A stretch of DNA of 64,000 nt from Dudresnaya verticillata. Lineage: Eukaryota. Both the position numbers and the translations under genes were made by a program. The DNA lies in NCBI GenBank assembly GCA_977862235.1, contig OZ374561.1, positions 1,426,001 through 1,490,000 of the forward strand, written 5' to 3'. Shown here piece after piece: positions 1-12,631 of the stretch (position 1 is its first letter; every line of letters begins with the position of its first letter). Below the pieces are notes generated by a model. The model saw only the letters and a program-made list of their open reading frames with translations, was not told the origin of the DNA and made no database searches.

Positions 1-3000
1 AGAATTGGAAAGTTGTGCAATCTCCTGGCAAACGGTAGAATATTCTTTTCTTGAACATGGCGGTGCCACCAACCAGTTCAGCGTTGTTTTGCTAGTGATT
101 TCCCCCAACGACGACACAATGTGCCCAAAAGGGAGAAGACGACTGTCTACTAGGCATCATGATGATAAAATTTGCTCTGAAATTTGTGAAATTTGCCTCT
201 TCTTCTTTGTCTCCCAACGACTTGTCCGGGAGCTTTCTGAGCAACGTGCAAACACACACAAAAGATTCTCAACGCCTTCCAAGTAAGCGGTTGCTCTGTT
301 ACGCTCTATTTGAAATGCCCAGTTGTCTTGAGACTAGTTGCTTCCGACAAGGTTTCTGAGCACTCTCGGATTGTTGGCCTACTTTTGTGAATGTTGAAGA
401 GGGAAGTCAGTGGCTTCGAAGGCATTATGAATACCGCTACGCAAGGAAACTCTTCTTTCGAGCCGGTAGGACATATCATGGCGTGAGTGGAGAACTGCCC
501 CTTCTGTAATCAATCATTCACAGTCGTTTCGCCTGGTCTACGACTAGCGATATTTTTTTGCTTGTCATATTCACAGATAGGTTGTGGGAGTACATAACCT
601 GAAAGCACAGCAGTTAGTTTCATGACAAGCGGATCCCCACAGCAGATTTGGGTCTATGAACGAAGCTCACAGAAGCCGTGTACTGTACTTTTGCGCTCAG
701 ATGTAGACGGAGAACCCTGTCTAAGAACAGACTTTACGGCGACAAGCTCAATGCAGTATGAAATATGAACGCAACTGAGCGTTCGGAGTACTGCACCATT
801 GCACGCATAAAGACAGCGTCACTGTGGATTCGCAGTGTTCTGTGTTGTCTGGAGAGCATTGTGTCTGGTCACAGACTGCAAAGAAAACGAGAACCGCAAT
901 AGCATTCGGTTATTGATCAGTTATGGTCTTTCTTGACGTGACATGGCAGTCGCCGCGTCACTGGGCCAGAAGAAATGCTTTAGGGACACGTCCCTCTAAA
1001 AACGCGCTGGGTGACTTTTCTATCCAAGGCAGCCCAAAGGCTGTGGCCATGCTGAACGACAACTTTCCAGACGCAGTGAGCGTCAAGTGGAGTGTTGCCC
1101 TTTGTGTGTGGCCATATTGGGGAATAGGTGGAGCTGGGTGTGTCCCATGGATGCGCAGCATCTGACCACCCAGACGTAGTGGTCATTCTTGAGTGGCTGA
1201 CGCTGCGGGCAAACGAGACAAGGCGGTGTGTGGGACAATTCCTTTTGGAAGGGGGGTGAGCACAACAGCTCGGCAACGCATGCAACATACCTGTTCATCA
1301 GGGTAGGACTTCCGTAATGTGCAGGGCGTCGGCCACGCATCGTACCCAAGGCGGTAGAAGAGGAAGTGAGAAGTGTGCAGAGTTGCGCAATCGGATATGA
1401 ATTGCTCGTGTTTGACGTGTCACACAGACTGATTGCCTAGTGGCAAAAGAAGGGGAAGTGATGGTCCGGCAGACCTTCCCTCGGGCACAGAGTATCGGGC
1501 AGTTCTGAGTGGTATGTAATATTGCGTTGACAGCAACGGCGATGTCCCGGCGGACGTGGCCGTGAGAAGTACCTACGCGTTCGTTACCGAACTTGCGGAA
1601 GCCTGCCCGGAGCCGTAAGTAAATTTATGTTGCGACCCAAAAATTGATGTGGTGCCTCGGGCTGGCTGTCAGCATCTGACAGAATCAGCCTGAAACAGTC
1701 AGGATGGAGTGAATGGGCAACTTATGGCGATGATTGTCTGGTGCCCACAGGGGTGTTGGAACAAGGGGCACTGGGTTACAACTGGTGGTTGCTATCCATG
1801 CCCCGGTAGTCGGTCTAGCGGCCTCTGTCAGCGAGGCATAGCGCTGAGCTGAGCTCATTGATGCGGCTCAAGGAGGGTTGCGGAGTTTGTCGGGCCTCCC
1901 ATGACAGGTCGTGTGCTGCTACCGGGGCTCGTCGGAGAGCTGCGAAACGTAGTGGCGCAAGCGGAGCACTCAAGACAAGCAGCTTGACCCGTGGCGGCGG
2001 GCGGAAATGCGGGGCGCGATGCGCTTGACTTGGATGGGATGTTGAACTTCGCGCACAGCGACGTTGCGGGACCGGCGAGTGCTGGTTGGAAGCGGGTTTT
2101 CGGCTCTGCAACGGCTTGTGATGCGGATGTGGTTGGCTGCAACGGGCGGTTTGGTTTGAAGGGTGGCGCAAGCGCAGGCGCGGGGCCCGAGCGGCAGGAG
2201 GGGCTAAGGAAAGACAGCGTCGTGGTGGTTTTTATGGGGCGGTCACGGGCGTCACGGCGGGATCACGCATGCAGTGCTCCGTGCGCGCCGTGGGCGTGCG
2301 CCGTGACGTGGGGAGGGGTCTTTTTTGCGCAGTACAAGAGGATGGGAAATGGCATGGCTTGCACTGCGGAATGGAATTGCGCCTCAAAGTTTTGAATTTC
2401 AAGGAAACAAGAGACGTGATTCGTTGTAATCGAGAAGGCGGGAGCGTTGATTGGTGGCGGCCGGATATACTGGACGTGCTTGAACGAGTTGTTGAACGGC
2501 ACGGCGCGCCGTGGCAAAGGTGCATATATATATATTTATAAATATATATATAAATAAATATATACCAATTGATTGCGGGCGGGACATGTGCTCACTCTAA
2601 GAGGGTACAAGGGGCTTCTACTCGCCCTGACTGTGCAGCACTTTCGCGTATTCTGTGTGCGCCACTAGCGATACTACACGCATCGCAGTGTATCGGCACT
2701 TCAGCCACAATCACCACCACCAACTGCTTGGCCGCCATCCGATCTCACCCTCCCCACACGCGCGCAAAAACCCGTACTCGCATCGCCGTTGCACAACGCC
2801 CCACCCCGCACAAACTGCTTTCCCCGACGACACGGCCTCTCCACAGCACGCACCAGCGATCAGTAGCACCACAAATTAACCCCGTTTTTCTGTACCTCAA
2901 GTCATTCTTGTCAGCGCTCGAGCACTAAAGTAGCGTCCTGCAAATACAACCCGCGCCCCCGTTGATGCGCCACCTTCCACGTCGTGCCCTTCGTGCTTCA

Positions 3001-3363
3001 ATTACTACGCTCTCGTTTTAATAATAATGCTTCTCTCCACTTCCCGTTTGAAACAACCACAGCGCTTTGATACCCCGACCGATTTTAGACTCACACATCA
3101 AACACTTCTTGCACACACGCCCCAACTACAGGAACAAAAATCCCGCCAATCCACCCTGCCCTTCCTCCAGGCCGCCCCCACCCCCCTCGCAGTGACATCT
3201 CCCTGCTTGCCCCGATTCAACAGCAGTACTGTGTACCTACATGCAGCTGGCCCGTCACTCATACATGCCTTTGATTATGAGTGTCTGAGCATCTCGCCAC
3301 CGCACCCCCGACTCTCTTGTCAGAATCGCTTTAATCTGGTCTCGACCTTTTGCACCTCCCCAG

Positions 3364-3375
3364 TATAAATATAAA
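3364..3375 (+). promoter_or_regulatory. Putative TATA box of the DUR3 gene
   Basis: TATAAATATAAA about 150 bp upstream of the ATG at 3522, followed by a pyrimidine-rich leader. Confidence 0.55.
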
Positions 3376-3521
3376 GTACCAGCACTCCGTCTCACAACCG
3401 AGTCTCTCTTCCCTTACCCTGTAGGTCCTTCCGCATCAGCTAAACACCTTCTCCCGGCAGAGGCCGTGAGGGCGATTCCCGAGGTACCGACGACCGTGCT
3501 TTGCTCTTGCCTTGCTTCATT

Positions 3522-5531
3522 ATGACGGGACCTTTCGGCACCGCGCAGAACAGTACCGAAGCCTTCAACTGCCCTACCGCTGCCTTCCGCAACTTTTTCG
3601 GCTTCGAAGAGTACCGGTGCAAGGCCTCCTTCTTCGGCAATGATGCCCCACTCAGCGCTGCATGGGGCTATGGCATCGTCCTCGCTTTTGGGCTCGTCTT
3701 TGGTCTCTTCACTGTGGCCCTTGTCTATCTTGAGCGTCGTCTCACTGGACAGAAGATGAACTCGGAGTTCTTCAATACCGCCGGGCGTACCATCAAGACA
3801 GGTCTCACCGCTTCTGTGCTTGTTTCCCAGTGGACTTGGGCTGCAACGTTGCTGCAATCCTCAAATGTCGCCTACAAGTTTGGTATTTCGGGACCCTTTT
3901 GGTACGCTTCCGGTGCCACCATCCAAATTCTGCTCTTTTCATCTCTTGCGGTTTTGGTTAAGCGACGTGCCCCGACCTGCCATACCTTCTTGGAAATTAT
4001 TCGTGCTCGATGGGGCAGCACGGCACACATTGTCTTCGTCGTCTTTGCGTTCATGACCAACATCATCGTTACCTCCATGCTTATTTTGGGTGGTTCCGCT
4101 ACCGTCAACGCGCTCACTGGTATCAACACCGACCTGGCGTCGTTCCTAATCCCGCTTGGTGTTATTATTTACACTCTCGCTGGTGGACTTAAGGCGACCT
4201 TCATTGCTTCCTACTTCAACACGGCCGTCATCCTTATCTCCCTGTGCATCTTTATCTTCCAGGTGTACGTCACCCATGAGGATCTTGGATCTCCCGGTGT
4301 TGTGTGGGAGAACCTTCGCCAGGTTATTAAGATCGACGGAGGTGTCGATGGCAACAAGGGTGGGTCCTACCTGACTATGTTTTCAAGGAACGGCCTCTTC
4401 TTCGGGCTCACCAACATCGTTGGTAATTTCGGAACTGTCTTCGTGGATCAGTCGTATTGGCAATCTGCCATTGCAGCCACTCCGACCGCTTCCTGGAAGG
4501 GTTACCTGCTAGGTGGTCTGTGCTGGTTTGCCATTCCATTCTCGCTGGCTACGTCGCTCGGCCTAGCTTCCGTTGCGCTCTCCTTGCCGATTACGGCCGA
4601 CGAGGCTGGGTCGGGACTTGTCCCCCCGGCTGTCGCTACGCACTTGCTCGGGAATGGCGGTGCTGTACTGATTTTGATCATGCTCTTCATGGCTGTGACT
4701 TCGACAGGTGCCGCTGAGCAGATTGCAGTCTCTTCGCTGGTCGCCTACGATATTTACCGTGCCTACATCAACCCGAATGCAACTGGTAAGCAGATCATCA
4801 TTCTGTCTCGCATCGTTATTGCTGGTTTCGGTTTGTTGATGGGTGTATTCGGTATTGCCTTGAACAAGATTGGCATTGGATTGGGATGGCTCTATCTGTT
4901 CATGGGTGTCGTCATTGGTTCTGCTGTTATCCCGGTCGCCTACGCTATCTCCTGGAGCAAGGCTTCAGGACTTGGGGCCATCTGTGGCGCTATTGGCGGG
5001 GCCGTTTTGGGCATCGTCTCGTGGCTTATCTACGCTTCTACGTTTGACGGTGGAGTCACTGTAGATAACACTGGAAAGGACGAAGTTATGCTCCTGGGAA
5101 ACCTAGTGGCGATTCTGAGCTCTGGGGTAATCTGTACTGTCATCTCTCTCGTCCGTCCGGACGATTGTGACTGGACAGCCACGAAGTCCATTTCTCTCAT
5201 CGAGGATGACAAGAACGCAATTGTTTCCGAGGAGACTGACGCTGAGCTGGCTCGTGCCATGAAGATTATTGGGACAGTGGGCGTTATCCTGACTTTCGTT
5301 CTAGTGATCGCTTGGCCGTTGTTAACTCTTCCTGTCGGCGTGTTCCCGAAGGGCTATTTTACTTTCTGGGTGGTGATCTCCTTCATTTGGGGTCTCCTCG
5401 CAACGGCGGCTATGGTCATTCTACCGGTCTGGGAAAGCAGAGGTGTGATCACAAAGCTCTTCAAGAAGGAAAGCAGCCCAGTCGAAGAGCCGGAGAGCCC
5501 TGTGGGAGATGAGGTGAAGACGGTCTCGTAA
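3522..5531 (+). CDS. DUR3: High-affinity urea/H+ (Na+) symporter, sodium:solute symporter family
   Basis: Intronless ~669 aa, many TM helices; DUR3 signatures NSEFFNTAGR, SQWTWAATLLQSS, GPFWYASGATIQ, GNFGTVFVDQSYWQSAIAA, GYLLGGLCWFAIPF; first ATG at 3522. Confidence 0.96.
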   Translation: MTGPFGTAQNSTEAFNCPTAAFRNFFGFEEYRCKASFFGNDAPLSAAWGYGIVLAFGLVFGLFTVALVYLERRLTGQKMNSEFFNTAGRTIKTGLTASVLVSQWTWAATLLQSSNVAYKFGISGPFWYASGATIQILLFSSLAVLVKRRAPTCHTFLEIIRARWGSTAHIVFVVFAFMTNIIVTSMLILGGSATVNALTGINTDLASFLIPLGVIIYTLAGGLKATFIASYFNTAVILISLCIFIFQVYVTHEDLGSPGVVWENLRQVIKIDGGVDGNKGGSYLTMFSRNGLFFGLTNIVGNFGTVFVDQSYWQSAIAATPTASWKGYLLGGLCWFAIPFSLATSLGLASVALSLPITADEAGSGLVPPAVATHLLGNGGAVLILIMLFMAVTSTGAAEQIAVSSLVAYDIYRAYINPNATGKQIIILSRIVIAGFGLLMGVFGIALNKIGIGLGWLYLFMGVVIGSAVIPVAYAISWSKASGLGAICGAIGGAVLGIVSWLIYASTFDGGVTVDNTGKDEVMLLGNLVAILSSGVICTVISLVRPDDCDWTATKSISLIEDDKNAIVSEETDAELARAMKIIGTVGVILTFVLVIAWPLLTLPVGVFPKGYFTFWVVISFIWGLLATAAMVILPVWESRGVITKLFKKESSPVEEPESPVGDEVKTVS

Positions 5532-8448
5532 GTGTACGAGGCTTGCGTGGCTCGTGTGGTGTGTGTTTGTGTATGTGAATATGTATGGCGGCTTGGTCGG
5601 GCCAGGACGCACTGCGGCCAACCCGCCCGGACCGTTTTCGTGGTTTCCGTGTGCGCCCGTTGCGTGGGTGCGTGGCTCCAAACGAGTCGCTCTTTCCTTC
5701 CGAGAGACCTTTTTCCCTGTGTTCCCAAGCTGCCGGTGGCGGTTAATCTTTAATTTTGTATGTGGTCTTGCTATCTGCTATGGTTGAGCGGCGCCAAAGA
5801 CTCTTCTGTACAAGCCAAGAGCTCTGCGAGTCCGGATGCTGCGACTAGTGCGAGCGTTGTGTCCATTGTAAAACGAGGACTATATCCCCCTAGCTTCTCG
5901 ACCTTATTGCATGCATTCAGCGCAGCGTGCGAAAAGAGGCGCACGGTTATCGACGCGAAAGTTGGTATTCGCAGAGTGCGCCTATCACTGCAACTCCTAA
6001 ACCCCTAAACCCTACAACAGTCCTCGAAAAACCCCAGGCGGCTGCACAGCGCCGCTACCCCCGCGCGCTGCGCGATGCGCGCTGCGCGCTGGGAGTGCGG
6101 GCTGCGTGTCTGTCACGTGCGGGCAAGGCACACGCGGCTTGGAGCACACACAGGGTGGTGGAACATGATGACGGAGACCCAAATATACGTCATGTACGCA
6201 CGGGTGGAGCTTGTCGGACACGGTGTACCCTTCCAGGGCGCCTTGAGAGCGGGGACCTGGGTTGGAGCGTTGGAACTGACGCGCGAGTGTCAAGGGAGGC
6301 GGGAGGCCGACGGTGATAGGCGGTTCATGACTTGAACACTTTGACGGCGGCGGCGGCGTACGGAGAGCCGCGCCCGGCGCGCCGTGCGCGAAAATAACAG
6401 TCGTCGGCGTCTCGCCGGTGGTGTTGCGCTTGTGCGCTCACTCCCCGTGCTGTCCTCGACGACTCGCTGACCACAAACGCTCCCGCCCAACGCGCGCCCC
6501 GCACTGTGATATCTGCTATCCCCGCCGCCCCCGCCGCTCGGTCATTCTTGCGCGTGCTCGGCCAGCTGGCGGGCCCCCACGGACTTGCAGTTCCCGCTTC
6601 CACCCGTACTGCACACGCAAGCCGCCACTAGCGAAGGGCACGGAATGGGAGGTCGCGCACAACACACTCTTAACACCCTCTGTCTCCCTCTCCCATTGAC
6701 CCATTAAGCCTCCGGCGTCATTGTGGACTCCCGCACACAAACCTCTTGGAGGAGTGCCGCTCTACGGCTTTACGTGCCCTTCGCGATGCTTAGGCGTCGC
6801 CAGGCATAGCCTCCCCCACCACGCGTGAGCAAAGGCGCGAGCGAGTAGCGTTTATGACTATTCACGGACATCGAGTTTGAAAATTGAGGAAAGTGAGCAC
6901 CTGCGTGGTACTTGCGTGTGGCGACAACTGGACATGGGCTTGACTACCCAGTCTGGGCAGCGCAAGCGTCGATCACACATCGTAGTAGTCGCAGAAACGC
7001 TTGTTGTTGACACACGGAATTCAATCGCGATGAAGTTGTAACAATCTTACTGCTCGATGCCTTGTGCGCATACTGCTCATTGTGCTTGGCCTTCCCAGTT
7101 TACTATTGTGAAGGCTTTTGTGTATTTATCCCTTCTTACATAATCCTTTGTATGTGCAACAGGGCGGTATGAATAGAACCCAGGGGCATCGCATGCCTAT
7201 TAGAATGAATGTCGGGGAGAGGCTAAGGGGTATCGCCTTGGAAAAGTATTCTTCGGGCACCCGTGGAAGGACAACTTCCACGCGCACGTCAGGTCTGGGG
7301 AGCAGCATCACCAGACAAACCTAAACGACCTTGAATGGCATTGGATGTGCCGCGTTCAGGCCGTATCACATTGCAAGCAGCAGATTTGTATGCGAAATGC
7401 TGCCCTGTGGAAAAGCGGTCTGTTTTCTTCTCTAGAGCAGCGGCAAACGAGAAACGACTAGGAAACAGGCTGCCCTTAGCCCTAAGCTTTCTCGGCTCTG
7501 AGGAAGAAGCGCTCAAAAAGCGTGTAGAATGCCTTTACTGTTGTAGACACTGGTTGGCTGCGATGCCATGGAAGGGGCAGACCGTTGTTGGGTGCGTGTT
7601 CTGAAGACAGATGACATTACGACGACGAGAAACGATGGCAAGGTGACATCAAGCTCTACTCGCTACTCGGACTTGAGATTTTTGAGCAGGATAGTAGTGT
7701 ATCCAGATAACGGTGGTGCCGCGGCTCTTGGCGATTGACAGTCGGTGTTTCTGTGCAGTTTCGCACTTGTTCTTGCTACTCCTCCTCCTCCTCCCGTTCC
7801 GAAGACGGGGACCGTACGCAGGACGAGTTGTTGCGGTTGCTGTTTTTGCTGTTTTTGATCCAGTTTTCGCAGTTGTGTGTCTGCTGAGCCCGCAAGGGCG
7901 GACAGTCCGGGTGTTGTTGCGACGGTGGGTGCGACGGTGGAAATTACTCTCATGCGAGAATTGATGTTGGATGTACACGGGAGTAATGGTACAAGGACTG
8001 GTGATGCATGCAACAGCAGTTGCAGTGTTCCGTACACCTACACAAGTCGGGGAAAATTGTGGTTCGACACGTCAGCAGCCTCTCGAAACGCCTCAAGACC
8101 GGTTAGGTGCTAAGACTCGGCGGTCGGGGTTGTTCACACGCTCGCAATCACAAGCGGATTCTCGTGGCGGTGCCGCATGACGGACACACATGCGTGGTGA
8201 GTGGTGCGTGTAGTGATCCACGTTACCGAGAGGTCGAGCGAGAATTCACCCCCAATGGGGGTGACTGTGACTGGGCAGAAAGGGCTGTGTGTGATGGTTG
8301 CGGTGGAGGGCAGCAAAAGTTTGTATTAACAGGCAGGAAAGGTGGGTGGTGCATTTCCATGTAGCGGTGGTGGTTGTGTCACTACAGCGTAGCGTAGTAC
8401 GATGGTACAGTAGTTTGTGACGTGTGTTGGGCGGTGTTTGTTGTCGGG

Positions 8449-8487
8449 GTTGTTGTTATTGCTGTTGTTGTTGTTGTTTTTGTTGTT
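8449..8487. repeat. Imperfect (GTT)n microsatellite
   Basis: gttgttgttattgctgttgttgttgttgtttttgttgtt. Confidence 0.8.
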
Positions 8488-9770
8488 GGTTGAGTAGAAG
8501 AGTGTATCGGAATGTTGGTGTTGCTTACAAAGAGCAGCAAGGCTGAAGATTTCGGTAAATGATTTGGTCGTTCAGTTTCGACTTGGAACGATGGTGCGAC
8601 ATAAGTAAAGCATAAGGACAAAGAGGCGGGATTGATTGCAGGACGTTGAGGGTAAAAAGGTAAGGTTGCGTGAAAAAATAGATTGTACTACGGTACGACA
8701 GTAGTGAATAATGGAGCAGGATGCAAGGTTGGACTGTTGGGGTGTATAAAAAGAGAAGGCGTTAAGGCGTTTGAGAGCGTGAGGTTCTTGGAAGGACAGG
8801 GGGCATTTGCGTGTTGCACATGGGGCGTCTCTGTCCGTGTTCGGAAGTGCTCGGCGCAGTTGCACGAAAGGTGCAGGCAAAGTATAGAGCGTCGTCTGCG
8901 ATAAAAAGATGAGGGCGCGGAGTGTGGAGTGACTGCCTGTAACAGTACCCTTTTGGGAAAATGTCCACTGCCTAAACTACTGCGACCAAAGCTGGACCGA
9001 GATCGGGCGACCGGAGCGTGGCGCTAACGCTAATGGCAATGGCGCGGCGCGTGCGCGTGATCGCAAACTAATAAACATTGGCGGCTTTGACGTGGCGGCG
9101 TATCGAAGCTACAGGTGGCGAGAAGATACCATTAGCAAACTCAGGACGCCCGGCGATGCATCTGCCTCAGCAGCCTTCGTCGAACGCCGCGCCGCGCGCG
9201 CCGCGCGCCGGTAACGGTGCGTCACCGTCACCCGCGCCGCGCGACGCGCAGAAGCACGCGCACGCAATAAAGGCGTGCGTGCCCCGTGCGCCGTGCACCG
9301 TGCGCCGGCAGAGGCGGCGGCGGCCGCGTTGGACCCGACTCGAACGGCGCGGGTCCGCGAGCGTCGGGCGTCTAGTGATGACGCGCACGGCTTGTGTGCG
9401 CGCTGCGCGCTGCTGTCGCAAGATCAGGGCGTGCAGATGCGGCCACCGGTGGCGGTGAAAAGGGCGTTTTGCTGCGCGCGCGCGCAAGTCGCGCGTTGTC
9501 CGGGGGGTGGGCGTGCTTTCTGTCTCGGAGGGGAGAGAGAGAGAGAGAGAGCTGGCGAGGTCGCGGTCGGGCGGCGGGACTAAAGCTACTGACTGCTGCT
9601 GTTGACAAACAGTAGTTTGTGTTGCCAAACACGGACTTTGGATTAAAGAAGGGCGTGGCGCTTATCGTGTTTCTGTTGTTTTTGGTAATAAACACAATAA
9701 AGCGATGAGCTCTCGTAACAATGCTATGCGCGTACAATATCTCCGCCTGCACCAGCGCCGCCACCGCCGC

Positions 9771-9800
9771 CGCCACCAACGCCACCAACGCCACCAACGC
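9771..9800. repeat. 9-bp tandem repeat (CGCCACCAA)x3
   Basis: cgccaccaa cgccaccaa cgccaccaa cgc, preceded by degenerate GCC-rich copies. Confidence 0.8.
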
Positions 9801-12583
9801 ATGTTCGCTGCCCTTCTTCCGCCTGCCTTCTTCCCACTTGTGCACACTCCCCCGCCGTTCCCAAATTCAGCAGGTGCCTGCGCGCGGTCCACCCATTATA
9901 CAGAAAGCCGCACGCAAGCTGTGTACCACGGCTTGTCCTTTTTCGTTGTACAACTTGTATCTATGTCACTGCGCCGCGGCGGGATGGATGTGTATGTTGC
10001 AAAAGCCGCAAACGATCCTTTATTGCTGTGACCTGTATACACTGCGGTCCACTGCGACGCGGTCCACCGCGTCGCAGTGTACATGGCACAACCGCTATTG
10101 CTAAAGGTCGCAGCCTAAGAGGCGGCAAATGCGCCATACCCCATTACCTCCATCATTAATGCCAACGATTAATAGTATTGATGTGGCATGTTTTACCATT
10201 GCCAGGAGCCAAACATCTTCCCCAAACCTTATTAGAAAGAGAAAGGTAGAAACCCTGTCACGGTCATTCGCCGCCGAGATCCACCCCACGCTTTTGCATT
10301 CTCCTACTTCCAGCTCTGCATGTGTAACACACCGTCCAGACTGCACAGTATATTGCATTGCATCGCCTTTCACCGCAGCCTTCGGACTCGCTCGCACACC
10401 TGCACCAGTGCACCACCCAACCCCCCCACCCCCTCCCACACAGTCCTATTACCTCTCTGTGAACTTCCATTTTGAGCGGAGAACGGACATCCCCACTTCT
10501 CCCAACCTCACCCTCGACAAAGCAATCCACACTTCTTCCATCTCCCAGCCGTCGTACCACCTTTCTACCCTAGTGCTGCACTAATCTCGCCTTCTCTCAA
10601 ACGTCGGTATCAATCCACCTCTAAACCCTCCCATTTCACGCATTGCCACATCACTCCGTGTAATCATTCCACCTTTCCACACCGTCTCGCACTCACTCTT
10701 ACCTTTTGAGAGCGAAAAAAAGAAAAATCAAAACCACACAATACCATCCATGATCCTCGCCCTCACCACAATCCAACGCAATACTCTCCGACTGCGCACT
10801 GCGCACTGCACACTAAACCCCGCATGTGTAAACAACCGCTGCACGAAACACGCTTTCATAAATCCCCGCTACATTAGTCGTCATGAAGCACGTGTGTGAG
10901 AGCAACATGTATGTCAAAGATTAACATTGAACGGTCCCATCAGTTTTCACGTCTTCGACGCCAGATGAAAACCAAATGCCGCTCCCAACTGCCCTATTTG
11001 CCACTGCAATTAGGAAGAAGGGTTGAGACAAGGAGGTCTCAATCACTACTGCTTGCAGTTTGTAATAATACTGCAATCGAATACGTCAAGTCATGAATTT
11101 TACATTTCCCACGCAGATAGAAACGAAGAAGAGAATTCAGCTATAACTCTTTTCCAGAACTTATGGAACACAAGGCGACCCTCCCGAAGGCTGCGGACCG
11201 TCACATGACGCCTGTATTTTCACTCCTCTTGTGCATGGCGATGTACCCTCGTCGCATATTCATTCTGGACGAGCCTCCATGCGGTAGCAACCTTATCTTG
11301 TCAGTTTGTATCCGACAAACATTTCATTTTTCAAACCACTCATTAATGGTGAGGACTGCGTGTGACTAGTGTCGCGCTTGTTCCGGTCGGAGACGGACGG
11401 GAAGAAGATCAGTTTTACTCTGTTATTATGTAAGCAGCTAGAGAGCAACTCAAAACAACAATCATGTTGTCCTGTATTGTACACCACAGTTGCAAAGCCA
11501 GTACCAGTACTTTTATGTTACCAATAATGCGGAACGCAGGAAAGTGGTCAAGCATCAACTTGGAGCAATCTAACAGAAGCGCATAAAATGCAGACGGTGG
11601 AACTGGTACATTCCAAGCCTTTCTTTCTACTGAGATGCTTCCTGGAAAAGCCTTCTTATAAAAATAGTGCCTTGATGAGGAACAAGGTTTGTAAATCCAC
11701 AGGGAGCTAGGCATGTGGTCTTCGTAACACCCAGTCCTTCTATTTCAAAAGGCGAATCAAATTTCCCTCAGTCCGTATGGGCACTTTTGTGCTTGCAGTA
11801 CGAATGCATTTTAGTCTAGTCAATAACACACGCTGGAGAATAGCTCTTCGGACCAGCACTTAAGTGCGGGTGGAAATGGGCAAGTACGGATTCTAGTTGA
11901 TGCAACGAGTAAAACAGGAAGGACTCTGCAACTGCGTGCAGCATTGCACTATGAGTACACGTACAGCAGTACAATATGTTCAGGGCAACTTATTGGTTGG
12001 CAGCACAATGTATGCGGTTTCCGAGTTCTTTCCCACGTTGAGAAAGCGCGGAATGTTGTGCCAACGAATAAGGTATCCACTTGCCCAAAGCACAGCGGAC
12101 CACATTCAGCAATGTCGTAACATTGACTTGTTTTCCACTCGCTGTCACAGATATGCCATCCTCTGGAAAATGTCCTTGGACTTGCGGCGTCGGCATGACG
12201 GAGGAAACTAAACGGGTTTATTTTTAATACATGGAGCATTACGACTTACGATATGTGCTTTAACAAAAGCTGCAATCTCACGGATGAGATATGTACGGGT
12301 CATCGTCATCATTAGAAGTGTAAACATATGTGTAGCACATCTGCTCAAGCGTGTGCTCAGCATACCATGACATCGCATTGACCCCGATTTATGGCAGCTG
12401 AGCTGAATAGAACCACAATCACATTGAGTCCTTTGAGATGCAGATCGACCACAACTCGCAATGCAAGCAACAACCCACCGCATATTTTGACTTCTTTTGA
12501 GGATAGATGAGGTCGTTCCAAGCGGTGTCAGCTACACAGCCTTTGCGGGGTGACCTAGCACCCACTCGCTCTTTTGAATAAGT

Positions 12584-12585
<2 letters not shown>

Positions 12586-12625
<40 letters not shown>
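12586..12625. repeat. (CT)20 microsatellite
   Basis: Perfect CT dinucleotide run. Confidence 0.95.

Positions 12626-12631
<6 letters not shown>

Noticed and set aside
1..3360. Short ORFs and AT-rich tract (2524-2564) upstream of DUR3
   Set aside because: No supportable product; the AT tract is simple low-complexity sequence
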